This document shows, one piece after another, positions 1-12,810 of a stretch of DNA of 61,961 nucleotides. A model generated the notes under the pieces. It worked only from the letters and a program-made list of their open reading frames with translations, ran no database searches and was not told the DNA's origin. The position numbers and the translations under genes are program-made. Location: contig NC_057711.1 in the NCBI RefSeq assembly GCF_004010195.1, forward strand, positions 73,039,972 to 73,101,932, written 5' to 3'. This stretch comes from Chiloscyllium plagiosum. Lineage: Eukaryota. How positions within the stretch are numbered: position 1 is the first letter of the stretch; each line of letters starts with the position of its first letter.

Positions 1-620
1 GTATCTCTCCTCTTGGGCTTTTTGAACTTTCCCTCCCTGGACACGTACGGGAAGAGACTATTTTCTATTCTTTCTTTCTGTGCAAGGAAAAATATTTTGA
101 TGTACTGGGTGGCGGAGGGCCCCCCTGGACTTTCAAATTGGCACAGACTAATTATGGAATGTATTCCCCTTGACTTCCTTACAAATATGGTGCACCGAAA
201 GACCGAATTATTTTATAAAATATGGCAGCCCTTTTTGAATTACATAAATACAGATATTTCGGCTATCCTAACAAGGGCTTTTATTTAATTGAGATTACAA
301 ACCTGGCTGGTCCGCGGCTCCTCGGGGGAGGAATCCCGCACGAATACGGGTTTTATTATATCTGATGCTAACACATCCTGAGCATGTAAGAGACTTAAAT
401 ATACACCCTGGTTAGTTGTAGGTTAGATTAGTAGATAGTTGAGTTTTGTTTGTTTTTTTTTCTTTTTGGTTTTTTTTGTTGTTTTGTATTTTTTTGTCAA
501 ATTTTGGCTATTGTATATTTGAGCTAATTGTATATCAATGTTTATATCTGAGAGTTTTGTTTATTTTTGTAAACTTGTAAAAAAGTTAAATTTCTAATAA
601 AAATATCTATTTAAAAAAAA
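1..620 (+). mobile_element. 3' end of an L1/Tx1-clade LINE (ORF2 C-terminus, 3' UTR, poly(A))
   Basis: ORF ending at 288 (ARKNILMYW..PPGLSNW..FYKIWQPFL) resembles fish L1 ORF2 C-termini; T-rich UTR, AATAAA at 596-601, A-tail at 613-620. Confidence 0.75.
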
Positions 621-1875
621 GGGTAGGAGTCTTTTATAAACAGATGAATAATTAAATGGCATACAGGGAAGAGTAGATGAATAGAACATCAAAAAGCAAT
701 ACTCTCCTGGACTCAAAGTGCATTGCCAGGGACAGACTGGTCACTGGAACTGAACTTTTAGAACACATTTTGGTGGATAATGCTTCCTCAAATTACAGTT
801 TGAATTATCTGTTAACCAGGATATAATTCAACAGCAAATGTATCACAAATCTACCCAGGTTGTGTCAGTATTACTGATGACTTTGCAATGCTCTGAAGAT
901 CGAAACATGAGCACAACACAAATCTCCATCAGCTCACATCAGCTTCAAACAAAACACAGTCTTGTTTCCAACAACAAAAAAAAATCAACACGAGTCAAAT
1001 AATTTATTCAGTTCTATCTACTCTAACTGGTATTCGACCTGGTCCTACCAAAATGGAAGACGTGCAGAAAAGATGTGCTAGATAAGTGTGATGTACAAAG
1101 GAGTCTCCATTTCTTTTACTTTTAAGCCATGTATTCTGAACTTTGTGATCAAACTATATCTTCTTCAAGAACTTATCCACAAAATGTGCCATACCTATGG
1201 CAGGAAGTTCACTGACATTTTTTTCAATCTCTCAAAAAAAAGGCTCAATCATCCAGGAAGTGTGTATTTAATATTATAATCGCTTCAAATTCAACTTATT
1301 GGAAGTGGGTACATCACTGAAAGGACTCAAAGCAAGTTTATTACAGCAGAACAAGTTTATTGTGTTTAGTTCTAAATTTCTTAGAAGGCGTCAGGCTAAT
1401 TACTGAAAGAGAGACTTTGCTCTGGTTTTCAGGTTATAAAATTTTCATACATAGCTATGCAAGCACTTCATTGCTCTTGTTGACCGAAGCAATGAAGAAT
1501 AACTTGTTGTTAACCTCTCACCAGTGCGTCCCCACAGATACAATACCTACTTGTGAAGATCCAAACGCACTATTTAGACATACAATGCAAACCAGGTGCC
1601 AAATGACTATCTCTGAAAGTCTCAACTGACTTCCTAACCTCACTAAAAACAAAGATACCCCTTAACATCTACAAGTATATATTACTGAATCTAAACTGGA
1701 AGAATCTTTCCATCAATCTCATACATGTTGGTCATAGCCAGGCAGCACAGATCCAGCAAGCTGTGGCAAATGATGATCAGCTACAGTAGGTCAAAAAAAA
1801 AAATCAATGGGTGGTCTGAACACTTCCAAAAGTTTCCCAAGACAGTACATTCTTTTTGGTTACTAAAAGATGAAC

Positions 1876-3274
1876 GAGGTTGTGTGTGGAGCCACAGAAA
1901 ATGGGGAGATACGAAATGAATATTTTGCATCAGTATTTACTGTGGAAAAGGATATGGAAGATATAGACTATATGGAAATAGATGGTGACATCTTGCAAAA
2001 TGTCCAGATTACAGAGGACGAAGTGCTGGATGTCCTGAAACAGTTAAAGGTGGATAAATTCCCAGGACCTGATCAGGTGTACCCAAGAACTCTGTGGGAA
2101 GCTAGAGAAGTGATTGCTGGGCCTCTTGCTGAGATATTTGTATCATCTATAGTCACAGGTGAGGTGCCGGAAGATTGGAGATTGGCTAACGTGGTGCCAC
2201 TGTTTAAGAAGGGCAGTAAAGACAAGCCAGGGAACTATAGACCAGTAAGCCTGACCTCAGTGGTGGGAAAGTTATTGGAGAGAATCCTGAGGGACAGGAT
2301 GTATATGTATTTGGAAAAGGCAAGGACTGATTAGGGATAGTCAACATGGCTTTGTGTGTGGGAAATCATGTCTCACAAACTTGATTGAGTTTTTTGAACA
2401 AGTAACAAAGATGATTGATGAGGGCAGAGCAGTAGATGTGATCTATATGGACTTCAGTAAGGCATTCGACAAGGTTCCCCATGGGAGACTGATTAGCAAG
2501 GTTAGATCTCATGGAATACAGGGAGAACTAGCCATTTGGATACAGAACTGNNNNNNNNNNNNNNNNNNNNNNNNNNNNNNNNNNNNNNNNNNNNNNNNNN
2601 NNNNNNNNNNNNNNNNNNNNNNNNNNNNNNNNNNNNNNNNNNNNNNNNNNNNNNNNNNNNNNNNNNNNNNNNNNNNNNNNNNNNNNNNNNNNNNNNNNNN
2701 NNNNNNNNNNNNNNNNNNNNNNNNNNNNNNNNNNNNNNNNNNNNNNNNNNNNNNNNNNNNNNNNNNNNNNNNNNNNNNNNNNNNNNNNNNNNNNNNNNNN
2801 NNNNNNNNNNNNNNNNNNNNNNNNNNNNNNNNNNNNNNNNNNNNNNNNNNNNNNNNNNNNNNNNNNNNNNNNNNNNNNNNNNNNNNNNNNNNNNNNGACC
2901 TTATAGAGGTTTAGAAAATTATGAGGGGCATGGATAGGATAAATAGACAAAATCTTTTCCCTGGGGTCGGGGAGCCCAGATCTAGAGGGCACAGGTTTAG
3001 GGTGAGAGGGGAAAGATATAAAAGACACCTAAGGGGCAACGTTTTCACACAGAGGGTGGTATGTATATGGAATGAGCTGCCAGAGGATGTGGTGGAGGCT
3101 GGTACAATTGCAACATTTAAGAGGCATTTGGATGGGTATATGAATAGGAAGAGTTTGGAGGGATATGGGCCAGGTGCTGTCAGGTGGGACTAGATTGGGT
3201 TGGGATATCATGTCAGCATGGACGGGTTGGACTGAAGGGTCTGTTTCCATGCGGTACATCTCTATGACTCTATG
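1876..3274 (+). mobile_element. CR1/HER1-like LINE, 5'-truncated, spanning an assembly gap
   Basis: RT motifs PGNYRPVSLTS and YMDFSKAFDKVPH; 3' tail ctctatgactctatg. Confidence 0.93.
2551..2896. other. Assembly gap (346 N)
   Basis: Run of n. Confidence 1.
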
Positions 3275-3546
3275 TAATCTTCAAAGGCAAACAAGTCATA
3301 ATTCCATAAGCTGGACATCAATGTATGCTAAACCATACATAAAGATCACCTGGGCACCGAAAAAGAAACCAAAAGGAGTGATGCGTGAATCCAATTACCT
3401 GCCCAGCTTCAATAAAGGCATTGACCACTTAATCAAGTTGGATGAAACATGTCAATTCATCAAAGTCAACAATCAATAAAACTTGCACATGAGATTCTTT
3501 CAGAGTGTAGTGCAACTGAAAGTTTTGATGACTATGGAAATACAAT

Positions 3547-4259
3547 TGTTATGCCACAGGGTAAACCCACCACATCGCTCCACCCCCCACCTCCCCACCC
3601 CACCCCCAATTTAAACCAGCACAGAAATTATTTAAGCCGTGTTGTAATCTGTTACAGTTCAAGAGGTCAAGAACTAATCTCAAAGGTCATTATTTAAAGT
3701 AAAAATTAATAACTTTACTTTTTTAAAAGTCTAACAAGAATAATTAACTAACAACTATTTACAACTCCTTTGTCAAAACTTTCTTTTACTTTCCCCTCTA
3801 TGATTCAATAAAACCCCAAATAAGATTTACCAAAAAAATTCAAATTTCAAAAGTTAGCCAGTTGTTGAATCTTCTCTTTGTATCTTCCTCTAACTTCTTT
3901 TCTAGGATTTCGGTTTCACAGGTCATTGATAGATAAAGGTACCTTTAGGAGAGCTATTCTGCAGGCAGTCTGCATGTATTGGTGGCTTGGCGGTTCTCCT
4001 CCAATTGTTCAATTTGTGTAATATTTCTACCCCAAAGCATCAGATCATTTTGTTGGTTTCAATATTGTCAAAATACCAAATTCAAATTTGATTGGAGTTT
4101 AGTACCTTGGGGCATAATTTGAATTTTCTTTGTCTCATAGCAACCCAGGTACTGCTAGCTGTTGGACCAAATGTTACACTGTAAATTCTCCAGCACTGAG
4201 TGCTTGCTATGTCCTTCAACTCTCTAAAATGTACAGTACCTCTCTACACCTTCATAACA
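3547..4259 (-). repeat. 3' LTR (713 bp) of the Gmr1-like element
   Basis: On minus it begins TGTTATG right after the polypurine tract GAGGGAGG (4260-4267) and ends CATAACA, a 7-bp terminal inverted repeat. Confidence 0.85.
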
Positions 4260-7200
4260 CCTCCCTCAAGAAAAAAAATGAACCATCATAATGAAAAGAT
4301 GGCTTTATTTCTATTCTTTAAATACATTACTATAATGTTCAGATAACTTTAATTGAGGTTCACAATGTCTTCCCATATAATATGTATACAGAACATTGGA
4401 TAAATACAAATCTTATGTAAACTTCATCAGTTAAAATCTGCAGTAATGCATCTGCGATTACAATCTTACGAACTGCTTTTTAATTAAAAGTCTGTAACGT
4501 ATGTCTCCTACAGAATAGTCTCATATTCTTTGTCTTTAAAGCATTCTAAGAATGTAAGAGGATTGTGATCCATCTCCAACACATTTTAATGTGTTTGTCA
4601 CGAACAATGTTGTAAGGCCAGTACCAAACTCAATAGTTCTTTTTCGATTGTGGTGTGTTGTTGAATTTCTTCGAAAAGTAACCAACTGGTAGTTCAATCC
4701 CATCCTCATCTTCTTGTAGGAGTTCAGCTCCAACTCCTATGTCACTAGCATTGATGGCAACTTCAAAAGGTTTTGAAAAGTTTGGTGTAGCTAAAATTGG
4801 TTTGGTGGTTAATATTGCTTTCAAATGGTCAAATGCCTCCTGGCATTGTTCTGTCCACTAAAACTTTGTGTTCTTCTTCAGCAAATTGGTTAATGATGCC
4901 ACTTCACTGCTGAAGCTTGGAACAAACTTCCAATAGAATCTGCTGAGTCCTAAGAATCGAAGCACCTCTTTCTTCAAAATTGGTCATGGAAATTCTTCAA
5001 TGGCCTTCGTCTTTGCATTCTGCGGGGTCAACCTTCCAAAACTGATGTTACATCCCAAGAATGTCACCTCTGCTTTCGTGGATTCAGTTTTGTTTACGTT
5101 TATTGCCAGTTTTGCTTCTCAAAGAACTTCGCCAACTATATCATGTGATCTTTCCAGGACTTACTAAAGATCACTACATCATCCAAATAGACTGCACAGT
5201 TTAACCTAGCCACAACTCTGTTCCTGAGTCTTTGGAATGTGCCAGGTGCATTCTTCATTCCAAAGGGTATCACTTTATATTGATATAGCCCATTTGGGGT
5301 TGCAAATGCAGAAATTTCTTTCGCCGTCTTTATTAAAAGGTACCTGTCAGTAACCACACATTAAGTCCAACTTGGTGATGTAATTAATTGGCTTGTCCAA
5401 CTTTCTCGATACAGTCCTCCAATCTAGGAATTGGATATGAATCCGATTTTGTAACAGTGTTGACCTTCCGATAATCCACACAGAATCATTGAGACCTGTC
5501 CAGTAGGGAACTAAGACGATCAGCAAACTCCATTCATCCTGGCTTGGTTTGATGATGTCCTCCTTGAGCATGGCCTCCACCTCCTTCTGGACCTGTCTAG
5601 CTTTGAGAGGATTAAGCCGATAGGGTGTAGTTTTATCAGAGCAGTATTCTCCAAGTCTACTTCATGTACAATAGCATTAGTCCTCCCCATCTGATTTTTG
5701 CATATATCCTTATACTGCAGTAACAAACCTTTCAACTGCATTCTATGCTCAAGAGACAGATATCTTACTAATCTATCCAACTCCTCAAAGACTTCATTTA
5801 TTCTATTTTGAGGCACATCAAAATCCGCATCATCTGGATTTGATTCCTCACTCTGTGAGGCTGTAACCTGTTTCTCCGGTTCTTTATCTCTAGTATAATA
5901 TGGTTTCGACATATTCACATAACATGCCCGATACCGTTTTTTTCCCTATCTGGCATCTTTACTGGATAGTTCACCTTACTCAACTTTTTCTCACTTTGAT
6001 AGGGACCATTAATCCTGACTTTGAAGGGATCTCCTATCACTGGTAACAGTACTAACATGTCATCTCCTCGGGAAAATGCCAGAGTCTCAGAGCTTTTATC
6101 TGTCATCTGCTTCATTCTATACTGTGCCCTCTTTAGGTGTTTAGCTAACTCACCTACTCGATTTAGGTTATGTTTCTGAGTTGAGGGAGAGTCCAAGTGT
6201 GAGATGTCTGACTTTGAAATTAATTAAAGAAACATTGACAGGACCAAAGGGCCTCTCACTTCATGCCCGAATATTAATTCGTAGGCAGTGAACTGAGTAG
6301 ATTCATTTGGAGCATTTCTAATGGCAAACAATATGAATGGCGTACCTTTATCCCAATTATTCGGGTAATCCTGACTGTATGCTCTCAACATGGTCTTCAG
6401 GGTCTAATGCCACCTTTCTAAAGCCCCCTGGGATTCAGGATGATACGTAGTGGATTTACAATGCTGTATACCTAAGCTATCCATAACCCCCTTAAACAGC
6501 CTAGCAGTAAAATTTGAACCTTGGTCCGACTGAATCTCTCTGGATAGCCCATATCGTGTGAAGAAAGCTACTAACTCCTCTGCTACCTTTTTTGCCTTGA
6601 TACTCCGTAATGGAATTGCCTCCAGAAATCTGGCAGGTGCATTCATTATGGTTAATAAATACTGCTTCCCAATTTTAATTCTAGGAAGGGGACCTACACA
6701 ATCAATTATAACCCGCATCAAAGGTTCTTCAAATGCAGGAATTGGCAACAAAGGTGCTGGTTTTATTACCACCTATGGCTTACCTACCATTTGGCACGTA
6801 TGACACATACAGCAAATGTTAACCACATCCCTGTACATTCCAATAAAAATGTTTTTTGTACCTTAGCCTGAGTCTTTCGTACCCCTCGGTGACCACCTAC
6901 AGGTAGTTCATGTGCTACCCATAACACCTCCTGTCTGCTACTGGCAACACAAGGTGGTACACTTCAGCCCATTTCTCTTCTGTACTAACCTGCCATGGTC
7001 TCCATTTCCATCATGAGGTTCTATCTAAACAATAACACTCCAGAATATTCTTTGCCTCCTTTTCAGAGTATGCATCCACATATATATCTTTTATCATCTT
7101 GTCTTGCTGTTGCAAGTCCCTTAGTCTTTCAGGACTAAACACTTCTGTCTGACCCTCTGCTTCTTCAGGTTTTTCCTGTACCATTGCGTCAAACAGGAAT

Positions 7201-9072
7201 TCTGCTAACTGAACCTCAACTCCTTCATCTTTGTTTACTTTTCACTTTCTGCTGTGACTTATGATAGTGGGATCTGGTTACCACACAGTCTGGGGAAAAA
7301 ACAGCTTGGTTTCTGCTTTAAGCCCTCAATTCCTTGGTCTTCGCCACAACATGGGGTGTCACTCCTACCTTGGATCCTGCCAAATCATTCCCAAGAACAA
7401 ACTGAATTCCTGGAACAGACATACTGTCAATCATTCCCACTGTTACTTCCCCAGTCTTGAGTTGGCACTCCATCCTGATCTTACATAAGGGAATACTAAA
7501 TTTCAGTCCATCTATCCCATAAATTATCACACTCTTGGGTAACAGATCAGAAAGAGTGCATAGTTGCTCATCCCTTACGATCAGCGACTGGTTACATCTT
7601 GTATTTCTCAAAATTATAACTTTTTGTTCTTCTCCCCCTGTTCTTCAAGTTAACTTTATCCAGAGAGGTGAATTCTTTGAAGAGATCAGGTACTAACTCC
7701 ATACCCAGCCCCTGCCTAGGCTGTGCACTTTCCTGCAGCTTCTCAGCTCTTCTTGGGGTATCCTTTACTATCTTCACTAATGCCAATGGCTTACCTTCTT
7801 TTACCTCATCTTTTCCGACAGTGCCTTTAACGACCAGCATTATGACTTTCCGTGTCCCACTTTATCAGAGTGGAAACCCCAGAGGCCTCTCACCTCCTTT
7901 CCACCCTCTTGGGCTTCTTTTTTATCTTGTGGTAAATTCTTCCCAGTGTTCTCTACTCTTGGTTTCTAGTGTATGATGTCCCCTGCTCCTAACTTCTTTC
8001 CCTCATAAGACATGCTTCTGGCCAGAATTTCGTCCTATGCACTAACATGTATTCATTTGCTAATTCTGCTGCCCTTCTCATTTCCTGGACTTCCTGTTCC
8101 TCCAAATGAATTCTCACCATCTCTGGATGTGAGATTTTAAACTCCTCTAGCAGAATAATTTCTCATAGAAGCTCAAAGGTCTTATCTATTTTTATAGCAT
8201 ACACATTTATCAAAATGACTATGTTTCACTCTTTCGAACTCAACATTAATCTGATCTGGTTCCTTCTTTGTGCTTCTGAACCGCAACCTAAATGCTTCTG
8301 GTACCAATTCATAAGCACTTAAAATCGCCTGTTTAACCTCATCATAATCTCTTGACCCCTCATCTGATTCTGCGGCAAATACTTCACTAGCTCTGCCTAC
8401 CAGTTTAGTCTGACCTAGCATTAACCATAAATCCTCAGAACACTCCATCTGCCTCGCCAATGTTTCAAAAGAAATAAAGAAGGCTTCAACATCTTTCTCA
8501 TCAAAACGTGGCAGAGTTTTGACATATTTGTATATATTAGTATCTTCTCTTTTAATCTCCATCGTGTTAACTTAACTTTGCTGACTAAGCTGCAACTTCT
8601 CAAGTTCAAATTCTTTTTGCACTCTTTTTCCTCTCTTCCTTTCTCTCTCCCTTTATTTACCTTCTAACTCAATTTTCCTCAATTGTAATTTAAGTTTTTC
8701 TACCTCTACTGCACTTGTCTGTTTCTCTGAAAGACCGAAGTGTTTGAGTAATTCCCTTACAATTTCAGCTTTACTTTTGTTTTTGGTTAAATCCAATCTA
8801 ACTTCTTTGCTAATTCTAAAAGTATGGTATTTATCTTTCCTTTTAAACTTTCTCAGCAAAGTTGAGAATCATCTTCAAATCCCAGAACCTCTAAACAATT
8901 TTAAGAGCAGTTTCCCTCACTTTTAATTTAATCAACCACAAGTCACTGAAATTAAACAAATTGGCTCACCTACATTTTATTTAAAGATCTAGGACACTAA
9001 CCTTCAAGTGTTTAAATCTGCTGGGATTTTCCACAGCCCCAAATCTATTCAAATCTGTCTAAACCAGTTAAA

Positions 9073-9090
9073 ATCCTGGACAAGCCCCCA
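9073..9090 (-). promoter_or_regulatory. Primer-binding site for tRNA-Pro
   Basis: Minus strand TGGGGGCTTGTCCAGGAT is a 16/18 match to the tRNA-Pro PBS TGGGGGCTCGTCCGGGAT and lies 3 nt from a residual ACA LTR end. Confidence 0.85.
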
Positions 9091-10489
9091 AATTGTCAAG
9101 ACATTAAGTATTGTTGGAAAGATCTGAGGAAACATTAGATGATCGTGATCAATGAGCAAGCAGGCAGCTACCTGAACTGGAACCAGGGCAGAGTGTAAAT
9201 GCTTGAGAGTTTTGCATGAAACATGGGTTTGTGGGAAGATACTACATTACAATGCCATTTAACCTAGAGTGGACATCATAATGAGCAATGATCAAGACCT
9301 GAGAAGTAGCCAGTATATCCAAACTGCACATCAACCACCACCCATCAAAGGTGACATCACAGATACTGACCACATCATGCTGGATAACAATCAACCAGTT
9401 ACAATAAATAACACATCAGAGAGTGAAGCACACTGTCAAATCATGATAACTTTGCATTAACAAGAACTGGTCATATTGTATACCCACTAATATGTTACCT
9501 GAATTTATGGAAACAATATATCTAGATACATCCTTTTGGCAAAATTCTCCCTTTTTTTTCCCCATTATGGCACACAGTTTCCAGATTAGATTCCAAACTA
9601 TAATACAGTTACATAACATCATAAAATGTGGTGCCTGTATAAGGGTACCCACCTCACCCTCTATATAATGGAGTTAATGTAGTCAATCAGCAATGCAATG
9701 TACAATTATCTGTGATATCTGTGATGCTGTCGCACCTTGTAGCTATTGTAAATAAATTTCAAGATACCGGTCTCTAAGAACCTGACTCTTTGCAGCATCG
9801 GCTACACAGGTCAACAGCTGAAAATCAAAAACTGTTACTGTGCAAAAACAGGAAACAAAACAGGTATTTAATTTTCAGGAAAAGCTAAACATATATAACA
9901 AAACTTCCCAGCAAATAAGTGAAAATTCATTATGAAATCTCAAAACCTTAATTGCTGAAGCAATAGTTCGACATATTTCGTAAAATCACACAGGGAATGA
10001 ACTTTATTTAATTTACATGTAAATGTCCCTCAGGAGGAAACTGAGGCATAAGGTCAGTTGAAAGGTCACTTACATACAAACACAACGTTCAGACTGATCT
10101 TTTTGGAGTACAAGTTGTTCAAAGAACACACAAGAAACCATAAACACATCAATGACCAGCCGAATAAAAATAGATATAAACAATTGAAAGCAAAAAAAAA
10201 ATTCAAATAAAAATGAAATTAAATTGAATCCAAAGTCCAGTTAGTGAACTAGATATTGATGAAGCACTGAATTCAAATCAACCTATGACATTGTTCAAAC
10301 ATTTCGGCTGCTAAATTAAATCCAAAAAATTATTCATTTATCAATTTTGTGGCTTTTGCTAGTTCATGATTAGTACATTGGAAAGAAAAAATTTGACTGG
10401 TTAATGTTTTGCTAATACTTGTACTTCACTTCTACTCTTTGTTAACGAAGTATCTCACAGTTAGTAAGGAAATAACACATTTCATTTTT

Positions 10490-10700
10490 AGTTTCTCAGT
10501 TGTCCCAAAAAAGCTATATGGCCAATAATTGAAAGATAATCATTGTTATAATGTGGAGGAACATTAGCCAACTTGCAAAGCAAAGTGCCACAAATAGCAA
10601 TATGATGTATATTTAAATAATCAGTTTTCTTCACCGTAGTTAAATTAAGGCAAAAATTGGCCAGAATACCAGGCAACGTTCTCCTATCCTTAATGTCAGA
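10490..10700 (-). mobile_element. Old DeuSINE-like fragment (SacSINE1/AmnSINE1-type central domain); weaker copy at ~12100-12240
   Basis: Reverse complement follows the Deu-domain pattern (ctggccaat...attgctatttgtgg..tttgc..attggcc). Confidence 0.5.
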
Positions 10701-11789
10701 GAATGTTTTCATTAGCTCCACCGCCATGGAGTAGCCTTCCCTTAGCATAGAACTAAATGGGGAGCCCAATTTATTTGTTCTAGTCTGTACAGTGTGGCTT
10801 AAACCAAGAATGTCTTGATTCATAAACTTTTTTATCAGTGATTAATAAAGAATTATCATAGAGATTGTTTGGGAGGTATAATGGACACGTATATTTTAGA
10901 CATATATCAATCGATCTTTGGGCCCACACAAAAAGTCAACTAGAGTTCCCATTTAAGATACATACATCACATATAAATACTGACGCACTCTGATAACTTT
11001 CTCTTGCAAAGTGCCTTAAGTATTTTCTAAACTTAACTGGAATCGCAGAGTATTTTTCTAATGCCTCATGAAGAGAATAATCTAATTTTAGATTAAAAGG
11101 ATATTTAATAAACTGGGAAATTTAACAGAGTTTAACAAGCAGAGGCCACACCAGAAGATTGGTTGCAAGGATTGAGCACATGGAGGTCAGCTTCAATGTG
11201 TCTATGTATCACTTATCACAATTACGGTGTGCAAAAAAACCTTCTTGCTTATATTTCTAAACATAGATGGCAAAACAGTGAATTTGTGCATGCCACACCA
11301 AATGAACTCTATCTTAATTAGTTGCAACGTCAGCATTTATACAGCACTGTTAACATAGTAAAGTAGGCCAAGGCACTAACAATCAATTTCTGTATTATTG
11401 TAGGTTGAAGGTAAAGTTTCCAGGTGAAGATTCATTAAAAACAAGAAGTGTACAGTTCTAAAGGTTGGATCTGTGACATATTGTAGCTGTTGGGAAAAAT
11501 AACCCAATGTATCCCAGAGGGAGCTTGCCTCTCTTATGGTTACATTGAGTATTTTGGCAAATATGAACAAAAAGTGCTGGACATATGCAGGACAAGCAAT
11601 ATGTCAGGTCAATGAACATCTTTTTTCAGACCAAACTGTCTGATTTATTCTCAAACAGTTGCTAGGAAAAGTGCTAGAGTCAGTAACTAGTGAGCAGAGG
11701 TTGGAGTGGGACACAAAGACAATGGCACCTTCCTAATATTGGAGGAAATTTGAGTATTCAGCACCAGCTAGCTAATGAAAAATGTGATA

Positions 11790-11955
11790 ATTTAGATATA
11801 ATGGAGAAGTCAAATGTGATGGTTGTGAAATAGCATCGTGTGTAGTCAGCTTTGTGGAAACTAATGCTGCGTTTTCAGATGATATCATGAGAAACAGCAC
11901 GGAGCTGAGAAACAGGAGGCAGCCAAGGTCAGATTCTTGATAAATACCAGGAGGG
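11790..11955 (-). mobile_element. Old L2-like LINE RT fragment
   Basis: Decayed GVPQGSILG..LF and H-ADDTQ-like motifs on minus. Confidence 0.45.
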
Positions 11956-12569
11956 TGGTGGAGGGAGAAACTGGCTTACATAGATTTAGTGATTTCAATG
12001 ACATCTTCTCCAAAAACGCAATGAACAGACTGAAAAAAAGGACAGAATATTTTCAAACTGTACAGCTGTTACAAGAGCAGCAGAATTATGGGATATCCTA
12101 TAGCACTTAAATATCAATTAATTACTTGCAAAGAGTTATCATTTGTATGTAGACAAACAGCAGCCAAACTGCTCACAACAATGACAGGGTAATCAGCTAA
12201 TTTGTTTTTTTGGGGGGTGTTGGTTGAGGGATCAATGAACAACCAAATTTTGCAAGGACAGTTGGTCTGCTGGTGTCTTAAATTGATGACCTATCACACA
12301 GCGTTCCCGATTTTTCTTCCGACTTCAATACCATTGGTTCCAATATTTCCTCAATGAGCAAATTAACTTATACTGAATCTAGAAACTTAGTTAAGAAACC
12401 AACAAAGCTGGATTTAAATGGTTTAATGATTTGGCTGCAGCGGAGTAAAAAAAAAGTTGGACTTAATTAAATTTCAACCAGAAATTTAAAATGAAGAGTT
12501 TTTGCGCATGCAATTTTAATCGTTCACATTACATCGAATCTTTTTTTTAAAAACAACTATATTGCTCAA

Positions 12570-12810
12570 ACAAAACTAAAGCAGAAATTGCTGGAGGAAC
12601 TCAGCAGGACTGTCAGCATCTGTGGACAGGAAACAGAGCTAACATTTTGAGTCCAGCAACCTTTCTTCAAAACATGAGTGCAACAAGAAAAAAAAAGTAC
12701 AACAAAAGCAAAGTACTATAAAACTAACTTCTGAAAAAAAAACACAGCAGGTCCTCTAGAGAAACAGACCTAACATTTAGAGTCCAACATGACTCTTCTT
12801 TGGAAAGTGA
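12570..12810 (-). mobile_element. Two tandem old PLE-terminus fragments
   Basis: Two successive copies of the gaagaa-[stem]-gactc-aaatgtt..ctctgttt motif also seen at 14367 and 34099. Confidence 0.5.

Larger units (their letters stand above)
3547..9096 (-). mobile_element. Gmr1-like Ty3/Gypsy LTR retrotransposon, degenerate, 5' LTR missing
   Basis: 5'->3' on minus: PBS, gag (~8860-8040), protease region (~7620-7320), integrase (~6900-5920; IIDCVGP, SDQGSNF, YHPESQGALERWH), RT (~5600-5000; PFGMKNAP, YLDDVVIF), RNase H (~4830-4450; NASDIGVGAELLQ), PPT, LTR; many stops and frameshifts. Confidence 0.9.
690..9500 (+). mobile_element. Ancient degenerate Ty3/Gypsy pol remnant in three pieces (~690-1875, 3275-3546, 9097-9500)
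   Basis: Decayed motifs in canonical RT-RH-IN order: TFRTHFGG*CFLKLQFELS and PGCVSITDD (RT); VGTSLKGLKASLLQQNKFIVFSSK (RNase H); IFKGKQVIIP..DHLGTEK..TCQ (IN zinc finger); LPELET.. and TRTGHIVYP (IN C-terminus). Confidence 0.7.

Noticed and set aside
2354..3028. Long ORFs containing X runs
   Set aside because: They are artefacts of translating through the N gap inside a CR1. The gap (346 nt) is also shorter than the ~700 nt expected from the 42718 copy, so its size is unreliable.
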